A DNA stretch of 64,000 bases from an uncultured Gemmatimonadales bacterium. GTDB lineage: Bacteria; Gemmatimonadota; Gemmatimonadetes; Longimicrobiales; Longimicrobiaceae. Made by a program: the position numbers and the translations under genes. Position 1 is the first letter of the stretch. Each line of letters opens with the position of its first letter. Location: the NCBI GenBank assembly GCA_963716255.1, contig OY970303.1:4160001-4224000 (forward strand). The letters are read 5' to 3'. Shown piece by piece: positions 49,198 to 58,277 of the stretch. The notes below the pieces were generated by a model, which was given only the letters and a program-made list of their open reading frames with translations, did no database searches and was not told the DNA's origin.

Positions 49198-50223
49198 ATG
49201 GCTGGACGATCGACGACCGGACTGCCGACGAACCCTCTCGGCACATCGGGAATGGACATCACCCGCGTCGGCTTCGGCGCGTGGGCCATCGGCGGGGCGG
49301 GGTACGCCTTCGGCTGGGGGACGCAGGAGGACGAGGACTCGGTCTCCGCGATCCGGCACGCGGTCGAGCGGGGGATCAACTGGATCGACACGGCGGCGGT
49401 GTACGGGCTGGGGCACTCGGAGGAGGTGGTGGCGCGGGCGCTGCGCGGCGTCCCGGAGAGCGACCGGCCGTTCGTGTTCACCAAGTGCGGCTTGGTGTGG
49501 GACGAGGGCGACCCGCAGGCGCCGCCCCGCCGCGTGGGCGACCCGGCGAGCATCCGCCGCGAGCTGGAGGCGTCGCTGCGCCGGCTGGAGGTGGAGCGCG
49601 TAGACCTGTACCAGATGCACTGGCCGGCGGAGGACGGGGCGCCGCTGGAGGAGTACTGGGGTGAGCTGGTGCGCCTGCGCGACGAGGGCAAGGTGCGCGC
49701 GGTGGGCCTTTCCAACCACGACGCTGCGCAGCTGGAAAGGGCGGAGCGGATCGGCCACGTGGACTCGCTCCAGCCGCCGTTCTCGGCGGTGCGCCGCGAC
49801 GCGGCGGCGGAGCTGGGGTGGTGCGCGGACCACGACACGGGGGTGATCGTCTACAGCCCCATGCAGTCGGGGCTGCTGACGGGCGCCTTTTCCCGCGAGC
49901 GCGCGGGGAAGCTTCCGGAGGACGACTGGCGCTCGCGCTCGCCGGACTTCACCGGCGAGGGGCTGGAGCGCAACCTGCGGCTCGCGGCGGCGCTGGAGCC
50001 GGTCGCGGAACGGCACGGGGTGTCCCCCGCGGCGGTGGCAGTGGCGTGGACGCTGGCCTGGCGCGGCGTGACGGGGGCGATCGTGGGGGCGCGCAGCCCG
50101 GAGCAGGTGGACGGCTGGCTCGCCGCCGCGACGCTGGAGCTGACCGCCGCGGACCTGGACGAGGTGGCGGAGGCGATCCGGACGAGCGGGGCGGGGAGCG
50201 GGCCGGAGCGGCCGGGACGCTGA
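49198..50223 (+). CDS. Aldo/keto reductase
   Basis: GFGAWAIGG, DTAAVYG, DLYQMHWP, GLSN, YSPMQSGLL. Confidence 0.95.
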   Translation: MAGRSTTGLPTNPLGTSGMDITRVGFGAWAIGGAGYAFGWGTQEDEDSVSAIRHAVERGINWIDTAAVYGLGHSEEVVARALRGVPESDRPFVFTKCGLVWDEGDPQAPPRRVGDPASIRRELEASLRRLEVERVDLYQMHWPAEDGAPLEEYWGELVRLRDEGKVRAVGLSNHDAAQLERAERIGHVDSLQPPFSAVRRDAAAELGWCADHDTGVIVYSPMQSGLLTGAFSRERAGKLPEDDWRSRSPDFTGEGLERNLRLAAALEPVAERHGVSPAAVAVAWTLAWRGVTGAIVGARSPEQVDGWLAAATLELTAADLDEVAEAIRTSGAGSGPERPGR

Positions 50224-50254
50224 AGGCCGTCGGCACACGACGGATCAGGGCAGC

Positions 50255-50304
50255 GACGAAAAGACGACCCCGCCGGGATCTTCCGGCGGGGTCGTCTTTT
50301 CGTC
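50255..50304. terminator. Family D bidirectional terminator
   Basis: GACGAAAAGACGACCCCGCCGG...CCGGCGGGGTCGTCTTTTCGTC between convergent genes. Confidence 0.8.
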
Positions 50305-50325
50305 CGCTCGTGGCGCAGGCCCGGC

Positions 50326-50757
50326 CTACGGGGTGGGCTGCGCCATCAGCCGCTGCACCATTTCGAACATCTTCGCGGTGGCCTGCGGGTTCACGCGGAT
50401 GCTCTTCTGCCCGACGGGGCTCTCGTAGAACGCCGTCAGCTGGCGCAGCTCGTCCTCGGTGTACAGGCTCGCGTACAGCCTCACGTACTCGGGCCCGACC
50501 CTCTGCCAGGTGAGCTTCTGCGCGAACATTTCCCTCATCTGCCTGGCCAGCTCCGCGCCGGGCCGGCTCGTGTCCGCGCCCGCAGGGTGGAACTGCCGGA
50601 TTATCTGCTCCTGCATGGGACCCCAGCTGCTTTCCAGGTGCATGGCCGCGACCAGTCGCTCCGCGGCCCTCATCTGGCCCGGCGTCGGCTCCTGCGCGGC
50701 GAGGGGACGGGCGAAGGCGGCGACCAGGGCGAACAGCAGCAGAAAGCGTCCGATCAT
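50326..50757 (-). CDS. DUF2059-like secreted protein
   Basis: Y...YTEDEL..L.AFYESPVGQK motif; signal peptide. Confidence 0.85.
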   Translation of the reverse strand: MIGRFLLLFALVAAFARPLAAQEPTPGQMRAAERLVAAMHLESSWGPMQEQIIRQFHPAGADTSRPGAELARQMREMFAQKLTWQRVGPEYVRLYASLYTEDELRQLTAFYESPVGQKSIRVNPQATAKMFEMVQRLMAQPTP

Positions 50758-50899
50758 GGCGTACCTCTCAAGGGTTGGAGGGCAAGGAACGGCTCCACGG
50801 CGCGGCGTGGGGCAATCATGTGCGGATACCGCCAGCGAAAGCTTCTCGTCCACACGGCGAACCGGGCTCTCGTTCCGGTCGGAACCGGGTCCCGGGGGC

Positions 50900-51220
50900 T
50901 CAGCTCCGATCAGGACCGCGCGGCTTCGATCCATGGACGATCTGCCCCAGGAGGAGAAGGCCGAGCGCCGCGAACTCCATGTAATCCATTCGGGACCGGG
51001 CTGTCGAAGGGGGGGCGGTCTGGCCCAGCGACATCCTGGCCCCTACGACGTACAGCAGGAGGCCGATGGCGACCAGGTGAAGCACACGGCCCACGATCTC
51101 CCGCCAACCGTGCCGCCTGCGGACCGCTACCACGAGCCGCCAGGCCGCATAGAGCGCGATCAGGACGAATCCCAGGTACACCCCGGCGGCGAGAGGGCCG
51201 AGTGACCATGGCCCGTTCAT
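50900..51220 (-). CDS. Small three-TM membrane protein
   Basis: Hydrophobic segments; ATGA overlap with upstream lipoprotein gene. Confidence 0.7.
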   Translation of the reverse strand: MNGPWSLGPLAAGVYLGFVLIALYAAWRLVVAVRRRHGWREIVGRVLHLVAIGLLLYVVGARMSLGQTAPPSTARSRMDYMEFAALGLLLLGQIVHGSKPRGPDRS

Positions 51221-51921
51221 ACCAGGCAGGCGACCCCCGCGGCGAATTCTGCACCCCAGACGATTTTCTCAAGACGATCCAGGGTCGTCTTTGCATCGTT
51301 CATCTTGCTTTCGAGCGCTCGGAGCTGGTCGCCCAGCTGAGACAATCCCTGCTGCTCGGGCCAGGTATACACACCGTCGGATCTGGCTTGATTGTCCCAG
51401 GCCTTGTACTCCGCGTATTTTTTCACGTACGCGTCGTACGCGGCTGCGTATGTGTCCTGAGCCCTTTTCAGCTCGATCTTGAGGCCCGCGACCGTGCCGA
51501 GCGCGCCGGCGCACAACGGATTCGGTCCGGCCGAGGCTTCTCCGCCACTCCCGCCGTCATCGCTCCCGACGCCACTTCCACCTCCGCTGATCTCCGGCGT
51601 GCTCGGTGGAGGCGGAAAGTTCGGCGGCGGGGGAGGTGGAGGAAGGGGCGGCGGCAGGGTAGGTCCACCGGAGATTCCCTCGCAGGTGGATACCCAGCTT
51701 CCCTCCGTGGTTCCATCGTCGACGCGCTCGAAAGTGCATTCCCCGCTGTTGATCGTGACGCCGGGCTCCTCGGGATCGGCGACCACCAATCCCTCGTGGC
51801 GTAGAGCCGTCGTTCGTGCCGCGGGCGAGCCTTCCTGGAGCGGATCCAGGGGCCCTTCGGCGCAGCCGATGAGGCTGCCCAACAGCATCACTGCCGTGAT
51901 CTCGCGGGTGAATGAGCGCAT
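51217..51921 (-). CDS. Lipoprotein with Pro/Gly-rich linker and coiled-coil C-terminus
   Basis: LIGC lipobox, PPPLPPPPPPP, helical C-terminal domain; relaxed codon bias. Confidence 0.7.
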   Translation of the reverse strand: MRSFTREITAVMLLGSLIGCAEGPLDPLQEGSPAARTTALRHEGLVVADPEEPGVTINSGECTFERVDDGTTEGSWVSTCEGISGGPTLPPPLPPPPPPPNFPPPPSTPEISGGGSGVGSDDGGSGGEASAGPNPLCAGALGTVAGLKIELKRAQDTYAAAYDAYVKKYAEYKAWDNQARSDGVYTWPEQQGLSQLGDQLRALESKMNDAKTTLDRLEKIVWGAEFAAGVACLV

Positions 51922-52161
51922 GCTTTTCCGGAGAGTCGAGGGAAGAGCGGGGGAAAGCCGAGAGCGAAGATACGGAACATGCCGATACATTCCGGCGCCG
52001 GGGAAGATAATGCATTCTACGTTCGTGTAAAGCTTTTTGTCTGAAAATGTGCTGTTTGAGGAAGCGGCGCCGCCGTCCCCCCGATTCCGGGCACCGGCAC
52101 GCCCGCGCGATCCGGGTGCCCTGTTCCCCCTCGCCGAGCGGGCGAGGGGGCCGACCTGACG

Positions 52162-53277
52162 CTACGGCACCCGCTCCCGCGAGGCGGCGAGGAACTGGTC
52201 CATGGCGATGGAGCAGCCGCGCGCCTCGGCGCCCCGCGCGCGGCCCAGCACGCGGATCCCGTCCGGCGCGGCGAAGCCCAGGTCGGCGGTCTGGATGGCC
52301 ATGACCGAGTCGAGGTTGGCGAGGTCCCAGTGGCGCAGCACGCCGGTCTCGCCCTCGGGGACGGGCTCCAGCGTCTCGGGGTCCACGGCGAGGGAGCGCA
52401 CCCAGGGCGGGCCGGCGTGCAGGCGCGGCCCCGCCACGCCCGCCACGCCGTCGTAGAACTGGGAGCTCATCTCGGTCATGCCGTACTCGTTGACGCACCA
52501 CTCCGTCCCCATCCCCAGCCGCTCGCCGAGGGCCGCGTATAATTCCTCGCTCGTGATCTCCCGCGAGCGCCCCTTGAACCCGCCGGTGTCCATCACCCGC
52601 GAGCCGGGCGGGAGGGCGTAGCGCGCGCCGCTCTCCGCCGCCGCGTCCAGCCAGTGCACGAAGGCGAAGCTGGTGCCCAGGACGCACACCGGCGCGCCCT
52701 CCGCCTCGGAGCGCCGCAGCGCGGCCCCGAAGCCGGCGGGGTCGATCCCCGCCTCGCCCACGAAGTACCCGCTTCCCTCCGCCCCCAGCTCCCGCACCAC
52801 CTCGCCCACCATGTGCGAGAGCGACGAGTCCGGCGCCTCCTCCGGCGGGCGGATCAGCGACAGCATCCGCACGGTCCCGCCCTCCGGGAGCAGGTGCGCC
52901 GCGAAGCCCGCGCGGAGTGCCGCGTCGTAGAGCGCCAGGTCTGGGAGCCAGTGCTCGCCGCGGCGCTCCGGCCCCGCGGTGGTGCCGCTGGTGCGGAACA
53001 CGGTGCGCACGCCCGCCGGGTCCGCGCACACCAGCGGCGCCGCCTTGAAGGCGTCCGTGGGCACGGCGGGGACCTCCGTCCAGTGCCGCACCGTGTCCGG
53101 CGACGCGCCCCGCCGCTCGCAGAACAGCCGGTATGGCCGGTTGCGGGCGAACTGGTGCGCGAACACCGCCCGCGCCAGCGCGTCGAACTCCCCGTCCGTC
53201 ATGGGCGCGCCCGTCCCGGCGCGGATGCGCGCGAGCAGGCGCTCGCGGAGCTCGGCGGGGTCGGGCGCGTGGGTCAC
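52162..53277 (-). CDS. LuxE/PaaK-like acyl-protein synthetase
   Basis: FRTSGTT, DTGGFKG, EYGMTEMSSQFY, DLAN...IQTADLG, GRA..AEARGCS. Confidence 0.9.
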   Translation of the reverse strand: MTHAPDPAELRERLLARIRAGTGAPMTDGEFDALARAVFAHQFARNRPYRLFCERRGASPDTVRHWTEVPAVPTDAFKAAPLVCADPAGVRTVFRTSGTTAGPERRGEHWLPDLALYDAALRAGFAAHLLPEGGTVRMLSLIRPPEEAPDSSLSHMVGEVVRELGAEGSGYFVGEAGIDPAGFGAALRRSEAEGAPVCVLGTSFAFVHWLDAAAESGARYALPPGSRVMDTGGFKGRSREITSEELYAALGERLGMGTEWCVNEYGMTEMSSQFYDGVAGVAGPRLHAGPPWVRSLAVDPETLEPVPEGETGVLRHWDLANLDSVMAIQTADLGFAAPDGIRVLGRARGAEARGCSIAMDQFLAASRERVP

Positions 53278-53397
53278 GGGATCAGGAAAGCTGAGGTGGC
53301 GCGGCTCGGCGAAGCGGACGGCGGGAGAATAGGCGCGGGGATACGGGAGGACAAGCGGGCCGCTGTTGCCGTTCCGCAGTACCCCCCAGAGTCTTTT

Positions 53398-53522
53398 CGG
53401 AGGGAGACTCGCCGGCTGTTTGGCGAGGCTCCCTCCGGCGTAGGGAGACAGCCGGGCAGTTTCGGCTGGCTCCCGGAGCCCGCGGAGGAGACGGACGGCA
53501 GTATCGTCCGGCTCCGCAGCGG
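53398..53522 (+). repeat. Family B triple-hairpin element copy 3
   Basis: Three hairpins with loops GCTGTTT, GCAGTTT, GCAGTAT. Confidence 0.92.
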
Positions 53523-53561
53523 TCCCCCGAAACCCGACGAAGCGGGAAAAAACTCAGGACC

Positions 53562-55013
53562 TCACGGCCCCGCGTACTCCGCGAGAAGATTCCCCAGCTG
53601 CTGCTGCACCCCCCGCGCCCCGGACGTGTTGCGCCCGTTGTACAGGAAGGAGAACGCCACGTTCTCGCCGCTGGCCGTCTTGACGTAGCCGGACAGCGTC
53701 CGCACCCCGCGGATGTAGCCGGTCTTGGCGTGCAGGTTCCCCTTGGCGCGCCCCCCGTTGAAGAGCCGCGCCAGCGTTCCCTCCCGGTCGCCGCCCACCG
53801 CCAGCGACTCGTGGAACACCCGGCTCCACGGCTGCTTGTCCGCGTACACGAGCGCGTCCACCAGCGCCTTGGAGCTGGTGCGGTTCAGCGCCGAGAGCCC
53901 GGACCCGTCTGCCTGGTAGAGCTGCCCGTACGGCACCCCGGCGTTCCGGATGAAGAACTGCGCCGACGCCGGGCCGCCCGTCACGTAGCTCCCCACCCCG
54001 ATGCTGTGCGCCGCCGCCGCCTTCCAGAAGTGCTCCGCGAAGAAGTTGTCCGAGTCGCGGTTGAGCTTGGGGACCATCTGCGCCAGCGGCATGGACAGGT
54101 GGCGGTGGATCAGCTTTGCGCCCTGCGGGGTCGTGCCGCGCCGGACCGCGCCGGCCACCTGGATCCCCTCCTCGCGCATGGCCTGCCGGAGCGCCCCGGC
54201 GGCCAGGAGCGACGGGTCCGCCGCGCCCACCGGGTAGCGGTGCGGGCCGCGGCCGGACACCCCGCCCTTGATGATGATGGTGTCCTGCCCCGGGTTCCTC
54301 ACCGCGAAGCCGCGCCCCCCGCCGTTGCTGGAGCGGTTGATCACCGGGATCTCCGGGACGTCCGGCTCGCGCACGAAGGTGGTTCCCCCCGGCCCCGGGC
54401 TGACGTTGATCCAGAGCATGTTGCGCTGGAAGGGGAGGCCGGTGACGGTGGGGGCGTAGTAGGCGGCGCCGTTGCCGGTGTCCGCCGGCCAGTGCGGGCC
54501 GTAGAAGAGGGTGTCGAAGACGCTGGCATCCGCGATCACTCCGCCCTGCACCGCGCGCACGCCGCGCGCCTTGAGCTGCCGCGCGATGATGCGCAGCCGC
54601 TCCATGGGGTCCCTGTCGAACTCCGGGTAGCCGAAGGCCGGGTCGCCGGAGCCGCGCAGGTAGACCGGCCCCTGCACCACCCCGCTGGCGGGGATCCCGC
54701 CCGGGATGAGGACGTCCGTGGGGAAGCGGAAGTCCGGCCCCATGGTCGCCAGCGCCCAGATGGAGGTGAACACCTTGTTGTTGGAGGCCGGGACCATGAC
54801 CGAGTCGGCGTTCACCGCGAACAGGGGGCGCCCCCGGTCCATGGACCACGCGAACACGCTCCACTCGTCGGCGCTGCCGCCGAGCAGCCCCTGCACGGCG
54901 GCCTGCAGGGGAGGCTGCGCCGCCTGGCGCGACTCCACGGTCCCCGGCAGAGCCAGGGCGGCGGCGAAAGCGGCGAGCCCGAGGGCCCGCCGCCTGAGGG
55001 GGGTGCGTCTCAT
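53562..55013 (-). CDS. dacB: D-alanyl-D-alanine carboxypeptidase/endopeptidase PBP4 (S13)
   Basis: PASNNK, GSGDP, SDNFFAE, DGSGLS, AKTG. Confidence 0.95.
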   Translation of the reverse strand: MRRTPLRRRALGLAAFAAALALPGTVESRQAAQPPLQAAVQGLLGGSADEWSVFAWSMDRGRPLFAVNADSVMVPASNNKVFTSIWALATMGPDFRFPTDVLIPGGIPASGVVQGPVYLRGSGDPAFGYPEFDRDPMERLRIIARQLKARGVRAVQGGVIADASVFDTLFYGPHWPADTGNGAAYYAPTVTGLPFQRNMLWINVSPGPGGTTFVREPDVPEIPVINRSSNGGGRGFAVRNPGQDTIIIKGGVSGRGPHRYPVGAADPSLLAAGALRQAMREEGIQVAGAVRRGTTPQGAKLIHRHLSMPLAQMVPKLNRDSDNFFAEHFWKAAAAHSIGVGSYVTGGPASAQFFIRNAGVPYGQLYQADGSGLSALNRTSSKALVDALVYADKQPWSRVFHESLAVGGDREGTLARLFNGGRAKGNLHAKTGYIRGVRTLSGYVKTASGENVAFSFLYNGRNTSGARGVQQQLGNLLAEYAGP

Positions 55014-55069
55014 CGTCTCCGGTGTCGTGCTTCGGTGTTTCCCGGCCGGGCCCCGCCGCGCGCCGCCCG

Positions 55070-55540
55070 TCACAGGGTCTGCGGAGTGGAGGCCGGCGCC
55101 TCCGGCTGCGGGCTCGGCTGCCCGCCGTTCATCTCGTGCAGCTGCTCCAGCATCATCTGCTGCACGCGGAAGGAGGCGCGGGAGTTCTCCTCCATGTCCA
55201 GCGTCACCTCGAAGAACGCCGCCACCGCGAACATCACCACGGCGGTGAGCACCGTCCCCAGCAGCGTGAGCACCCCCGCCTGCACGCTCATGTCGTCGCC
55301 GCCGATGCCATAGGCGAACATCAGCCCGCCCACCAGCAGGGTGGCGATCCCCAGGAAGCGCAGGAACCCCATGAGAAAGCGCAGCCCGCCGTAGCGCTGC
55401 TCCACCCCGGCCAGCCGCGCGGGGGTGCGCCGCTCCCGCAGCAGGGCGTGGCAGTTGGGGCAGTGGTCCACCCGGGGATCGTCCACCACGGTCCCGCAGC
55501 TGGTGCACTGGACCGGGGTGCTGAAGAGGTGCATGCTCAT
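55070..55540 (-). CDS. Zinc-ribbon two-TM membrane protein
   Basis: CTSCG...CPNC followed by two TM helices. Confidence 0.8.
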   Translation of the reverse strand: MSMHLFSTPVQCTSCGTVVDDPRVDHCPNCHALLRERRTPARLAGVEQRYGGLRFLMGFLRFLGIATLLVGGLMFAYGIGGDDMSVQAGVLTLLGTVLTAVVMFAVAAFFEVTLDMEENSRASFRVQQMMLEQLHEMNGGQPSPQPEAPASTPQTL

Positions 55541-55619
55541 CTGACTCGCGCGCAATTCCGGGGAACGGGCGCGACGGAGCGGCGCCCGCCGCCCGTCCGC
55601 ACCGACGCCGGTGGACGGA

Positions 55620-55634
55620 GCAACGGGCGTGCCA
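55620..55634 (-). promoter_or_regulatory. Sigma54 promoter
   Basis: TGGCACGCCCGTTGC, exact consensus, 80 bp upstream of 55540. Confidence 0.75.
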
Positions 55635-55686
55635 TGCATCGCCCCTGTCCGGCTTTGTACGACCGGGAGCCGCCGGCCGCGTGCGT

Positions 55687-56043
55687 CTACGCCGGCAGGG
55701 CGTCGTCCGCCCAGCGCTCGCCGCGCCCGCCCACCGCGCGGACGGCGGCGGCGAGGCGGCGCATGCGTACCAGGCGCAGCGAGCGGAAGGTGTGGCGCAC
55801 CACGCAGCGGAAGCGGCGGCAGTCGCGGCACTCCAGGTCGAAGCCGGTGGCGTCCAGCGGGAGGTAGCGCGTCATCCGCGTCCCGGGGCGTGCCTCCAGC
55901 AGCTCGCCGCAGCAGGGACAGCTGGGATCGGGTCCCTGGCGGAGCTGCCGGTCGATCTCGCGGCCGTCGCGGAGCTCGAAGCTGCGCCAGGAGGCGCGGA
56001 CGCGGCGCGGCGAGGGGACGGCGGACTGGCGGGTCGGGTTCAT
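55687..56043 (-). CDS. Small CxxC...CxxC zinc-finger protein
   Basis: CPCCG...CRDC; ATGA overlap with upstream gene. Confidence 0.7.
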   Translation of the reverse strand: MNPTRQSAVPSPRRVRASWRSFELRDGREIDRQLRQGPDPSCPCCGELLEARPGTRMTRYLPLDATGFDLECRDCRRFRCVVRHTFRSLRLVRMRRLAAAVRAVGGRGERWADDALPA

Positions 56044-56405
56044 GCGACGTGGGGGTTTGGCGCCGGGTCTCCGGTCCGGGAGCGGTCCGGGAGGGTGCCG
56101 GCGGTGAGGTGGCGGGACACGGGGACGGCGGGGCCGTGCGGGGCGTCGGCCAGGGGCGGGCGGACCTCCACGAACGCGGCGTGCACCGCGTCCACGGCGA
56201 TGGTCGCGCCGCCGGCCAGCTCCACCACCAGCCCGTGGGAGCCGCGCTCGCGGACGCGCACCCGGGATCCCACCCGGATCCCGACGTCCTCGAAGCGCTG
56301 GCGCAGGCTTCCGAACAGGATGTGGACCACTTCGACCAGTTTGCCCGGGGCGGCCTCCGCCAGGGAGTGGCGGGGCTCCGCGTCGGGCCGGGGGTGGGAA
56401 GCCAT
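56040..56405 (-). CDS. FeoA-like SH3-fold protein
   Basis: SLAE..PG...V......LRQRF.DVGI.VG..VRV pattern; GGAG RBS. Confidence 0.65.
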   Translation of the reverse strand: MASHPRPDAEPRHSLAEAAPGKLVEVVHILFGSLRQRFEDVGIRVGSRVRVRERGSHGLVVELAGGATIAVDAVHAAFVEVRPPLADAPHGPAVPVSRHLTAGTLPDRSRTGDPAPNPHVA

Positions 56406-56466
56406 GGTGACTCCCGGACGTGTGGGGTGTCCGTCCGAACCACAGGAAAAGGGTGAACAGTTGACG

Positions 56467-56481
56467 GCAAATCGGGTGCCA
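56467..56481 (-). promoter_or_regulatory. Sigma54 promoter
   Basis: TGGCACCCGATTTGC, 62 bp upstream of 56405. Confidence 0.75.
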
Positions 56482-56549
56482 GCGAGCACGTCCCCGGCCA
56501 CTTTCCGTGAACGCCCACCCAACCCCATCTCACCCTCGCACTCCCGCGT

Positions 56550-57959
56550 CTACTCCTCCAGGTCGCACCACCGCAGCATCTCTCCCAGCGGCGGGTGGCC
56601 GTCGTGGTGCCAGGTGCCCGGGGGCCACGCCATCTTGCCCAGCGGCGACACCCGGCTGGCGCCGGCGCGCCCCAGCGCGGCGGCGAGCCTTTCCGTGCGC
56701 TCCGGGGACGCGGCCACGCCCACCGTCTGGAGGAGCGAAGCCGTCCCGGCGGCGAGCGCGGGGACGGCGTCCAGCGAGGGCACGGGCTTCACCCGCACCA
56801 CGCGGTTCAGGCAGGAGGGCGCGAAGGCCGGATCCGTTTCGTAGACCACCGTCCAGGTGGTCCCCCGCGGCGAAGCGTGCAGCTCCACGCCGCCCCCGGC
56901 CAGCTGCGCGAACTCCGCCTCGCCGCGGAGCTGGCGGATCGCCGAGGCCTCGCTGCGGGCGACGGCGCCGCGGGGGAGCTCCCGCTCCGTGTCCGCCATG
57001 GCGCCCGCCAGCAGGCGCGCCCACGCGCGCGGGTCGGTCGCGCCCCCCTCCTCCACGTAGAACAGGTGCGGAGACACGCACCCCTGCTGGTCGAAGGTGG
57101 CCACCTCCAGCGCCGCCGCCGCCGCCACTCGCCCCGCCGCCTCCGCGTCCGCCAGCGCCTCCCGCCCCACCACCCCGAACGACAGCTTCGGTCCGTACGC
57201 CAGCACCCGCGTCCCCGCCGGCGTCGCCCCGCGCACCGCGGCCACCGCCTCCGCGCCGCCGTACACCACCACCGCGTCCGCCATCCCCAGCGCGGCCGCC
57301 TCCAGGGCGTCGTCCCCCCCGTGCCAGTACGTCACCGCCAGGCATTCGCCCAGCTCCGGGTCCTCCTCCGCCACGCCCCGCGCGAAGAGCGCCGCCAGCA
57401 GCGGCTCCCCGACGGCCGTCTTTCCCAGCGCCGCCGACTTCACCAGCAGCGAGCGCACCAGCGAGGTCACAGCCACCCCCGGCACGTTGCCGCTGAACAC
57501 GTGCGTCGCCACCCGCGGCCCGTAGGCGCGCGACTTTCCCGGCGCGTGGCGGCGCGGGCGAAAGCCGTCCAGCACCGCCGGGTCCTCCAGCTCCGAGCGC
57601 AGCAGCGCACGCAGCCGGTCCGCCCGCCACTCCGGCGTCATGCGGTCCAGCACCAGGCGCACCATGGGCGGCGAGTAGCCGGTGATGCGCGGGAGCGCCG
57701 CCTCCGCCAGCTTCCGCAGCGGGTCGCCCGCGTCCTGGAGCCGCGCCGCGACCCGGTCCACCACCCGCACAACGTCGTGCACCGGGCGGTCGGCCAGGTA
57801 CAGGTCGCGCGCCTCCCCCAGGGCCTCCACCTGCTTCCTCAGCAGGGCCGCGTCCACCATGGGCACGCGCAGTTCCATCGCCGTGTCGCCCTGGCCGTAG
57901 GGCCAGGTCGAGGTCGGCGGGTCCGGCAGGGCGGGGAGGTGGAACGCGTCGATCTTCAC
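56550..57959 (-). CDS. LuxC-like acyl-CoA reductase
   Basis: HVFSGNVP, YGG..AV, YGPKLSF, FDQQGCVSPH catalytic Cys, WHHDG; GTG start inferred. Confidence 0.9.
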   Translation of the reverse strand: MKIDAFHLPALPDPPTSTWPYGQGDTAMELRVPMVDAALLRKQVEALGEARDLYLADRPVHDVVRVVDRVAARLQDAGDPLRKLAEAALPRITGYSPPMVRLVLDRMTPEWRADRLRALLRSELEDPAVLDGFRPRRHAPGKSRAYGPRVATHVFSGNVPGVAVTSLVRSLLVKSAALGKTAVGEPLLAALFARGVAEEDPELGECLAVTYWHGGDDALEAAALGMADAVVVYGGAEAVAAVRGATPAGTRVLAYGPKLSFGVVGREALADAEAAGRVAAAAALEVATFDQQGCVSPHLFYVEEGGATDPRAWARLLAGAMADTERELPRGAVARSEASAIRQLRGEAEFAQLAGGGVELHASPRGTTWTVVYETDPAFAPSCLNRVVRVKPVPSLDAVPALAAGTASLLQTVGVAASPERTERLAAALGRAGASRVSPLGKMAWPPGTWHHDGHPPLGEMLRWCDLEE

Positions 57960-58003
57960 TGCTTTTTTACCGCGTGTGTGTCGCTTCGTCGTGTCGTGGC
58001 GAG

Positions 58004-58128
58004 CCGCTACGGAGCCCGGCGATACTGCTGCCGGTCTCCTCCGCGGGCTCCGGGAGCCACCGGAAACAGCCCCGGTGTCTCTCTCCGCCGGGGTGAGCCT
58101 CGCCAAACAGCCGGCGAGTCTCCCCCCG
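58004..58128 (-). repeat. Family B triple-hairpin element copy 4
   Basis: Three hairpins with loops GCTGTTT, GCTGTTT, GCAGTAT. Confidence 0.92.
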
Positions 58129-58235
58129 AACATCGTGCGGGGGATACAACGAAAACCACGGAACGGCAAAAACAGAAGCCCCTCCCCCGAATCGGGGGAA
58201 GGGCGAGGGTCCCGGACCGCCGTCGCCGTTGCAGG

Positions 58236-58277
58236 CTGTTCCCTGTTCCCTGTTCCCTGTTCCCTGTTCCCTGTTCC
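58236..58277. repeat. Heptamer tandem repeat (CTGTTCC)x6
   Basis: Six perfect units abutting the stop codon at 58278. Confidence 0.95.

Noticed and set aside
52162..57959. Bioluminescence operon
   Set aside because: No luxA, luxB, luxD or luxG in the window.
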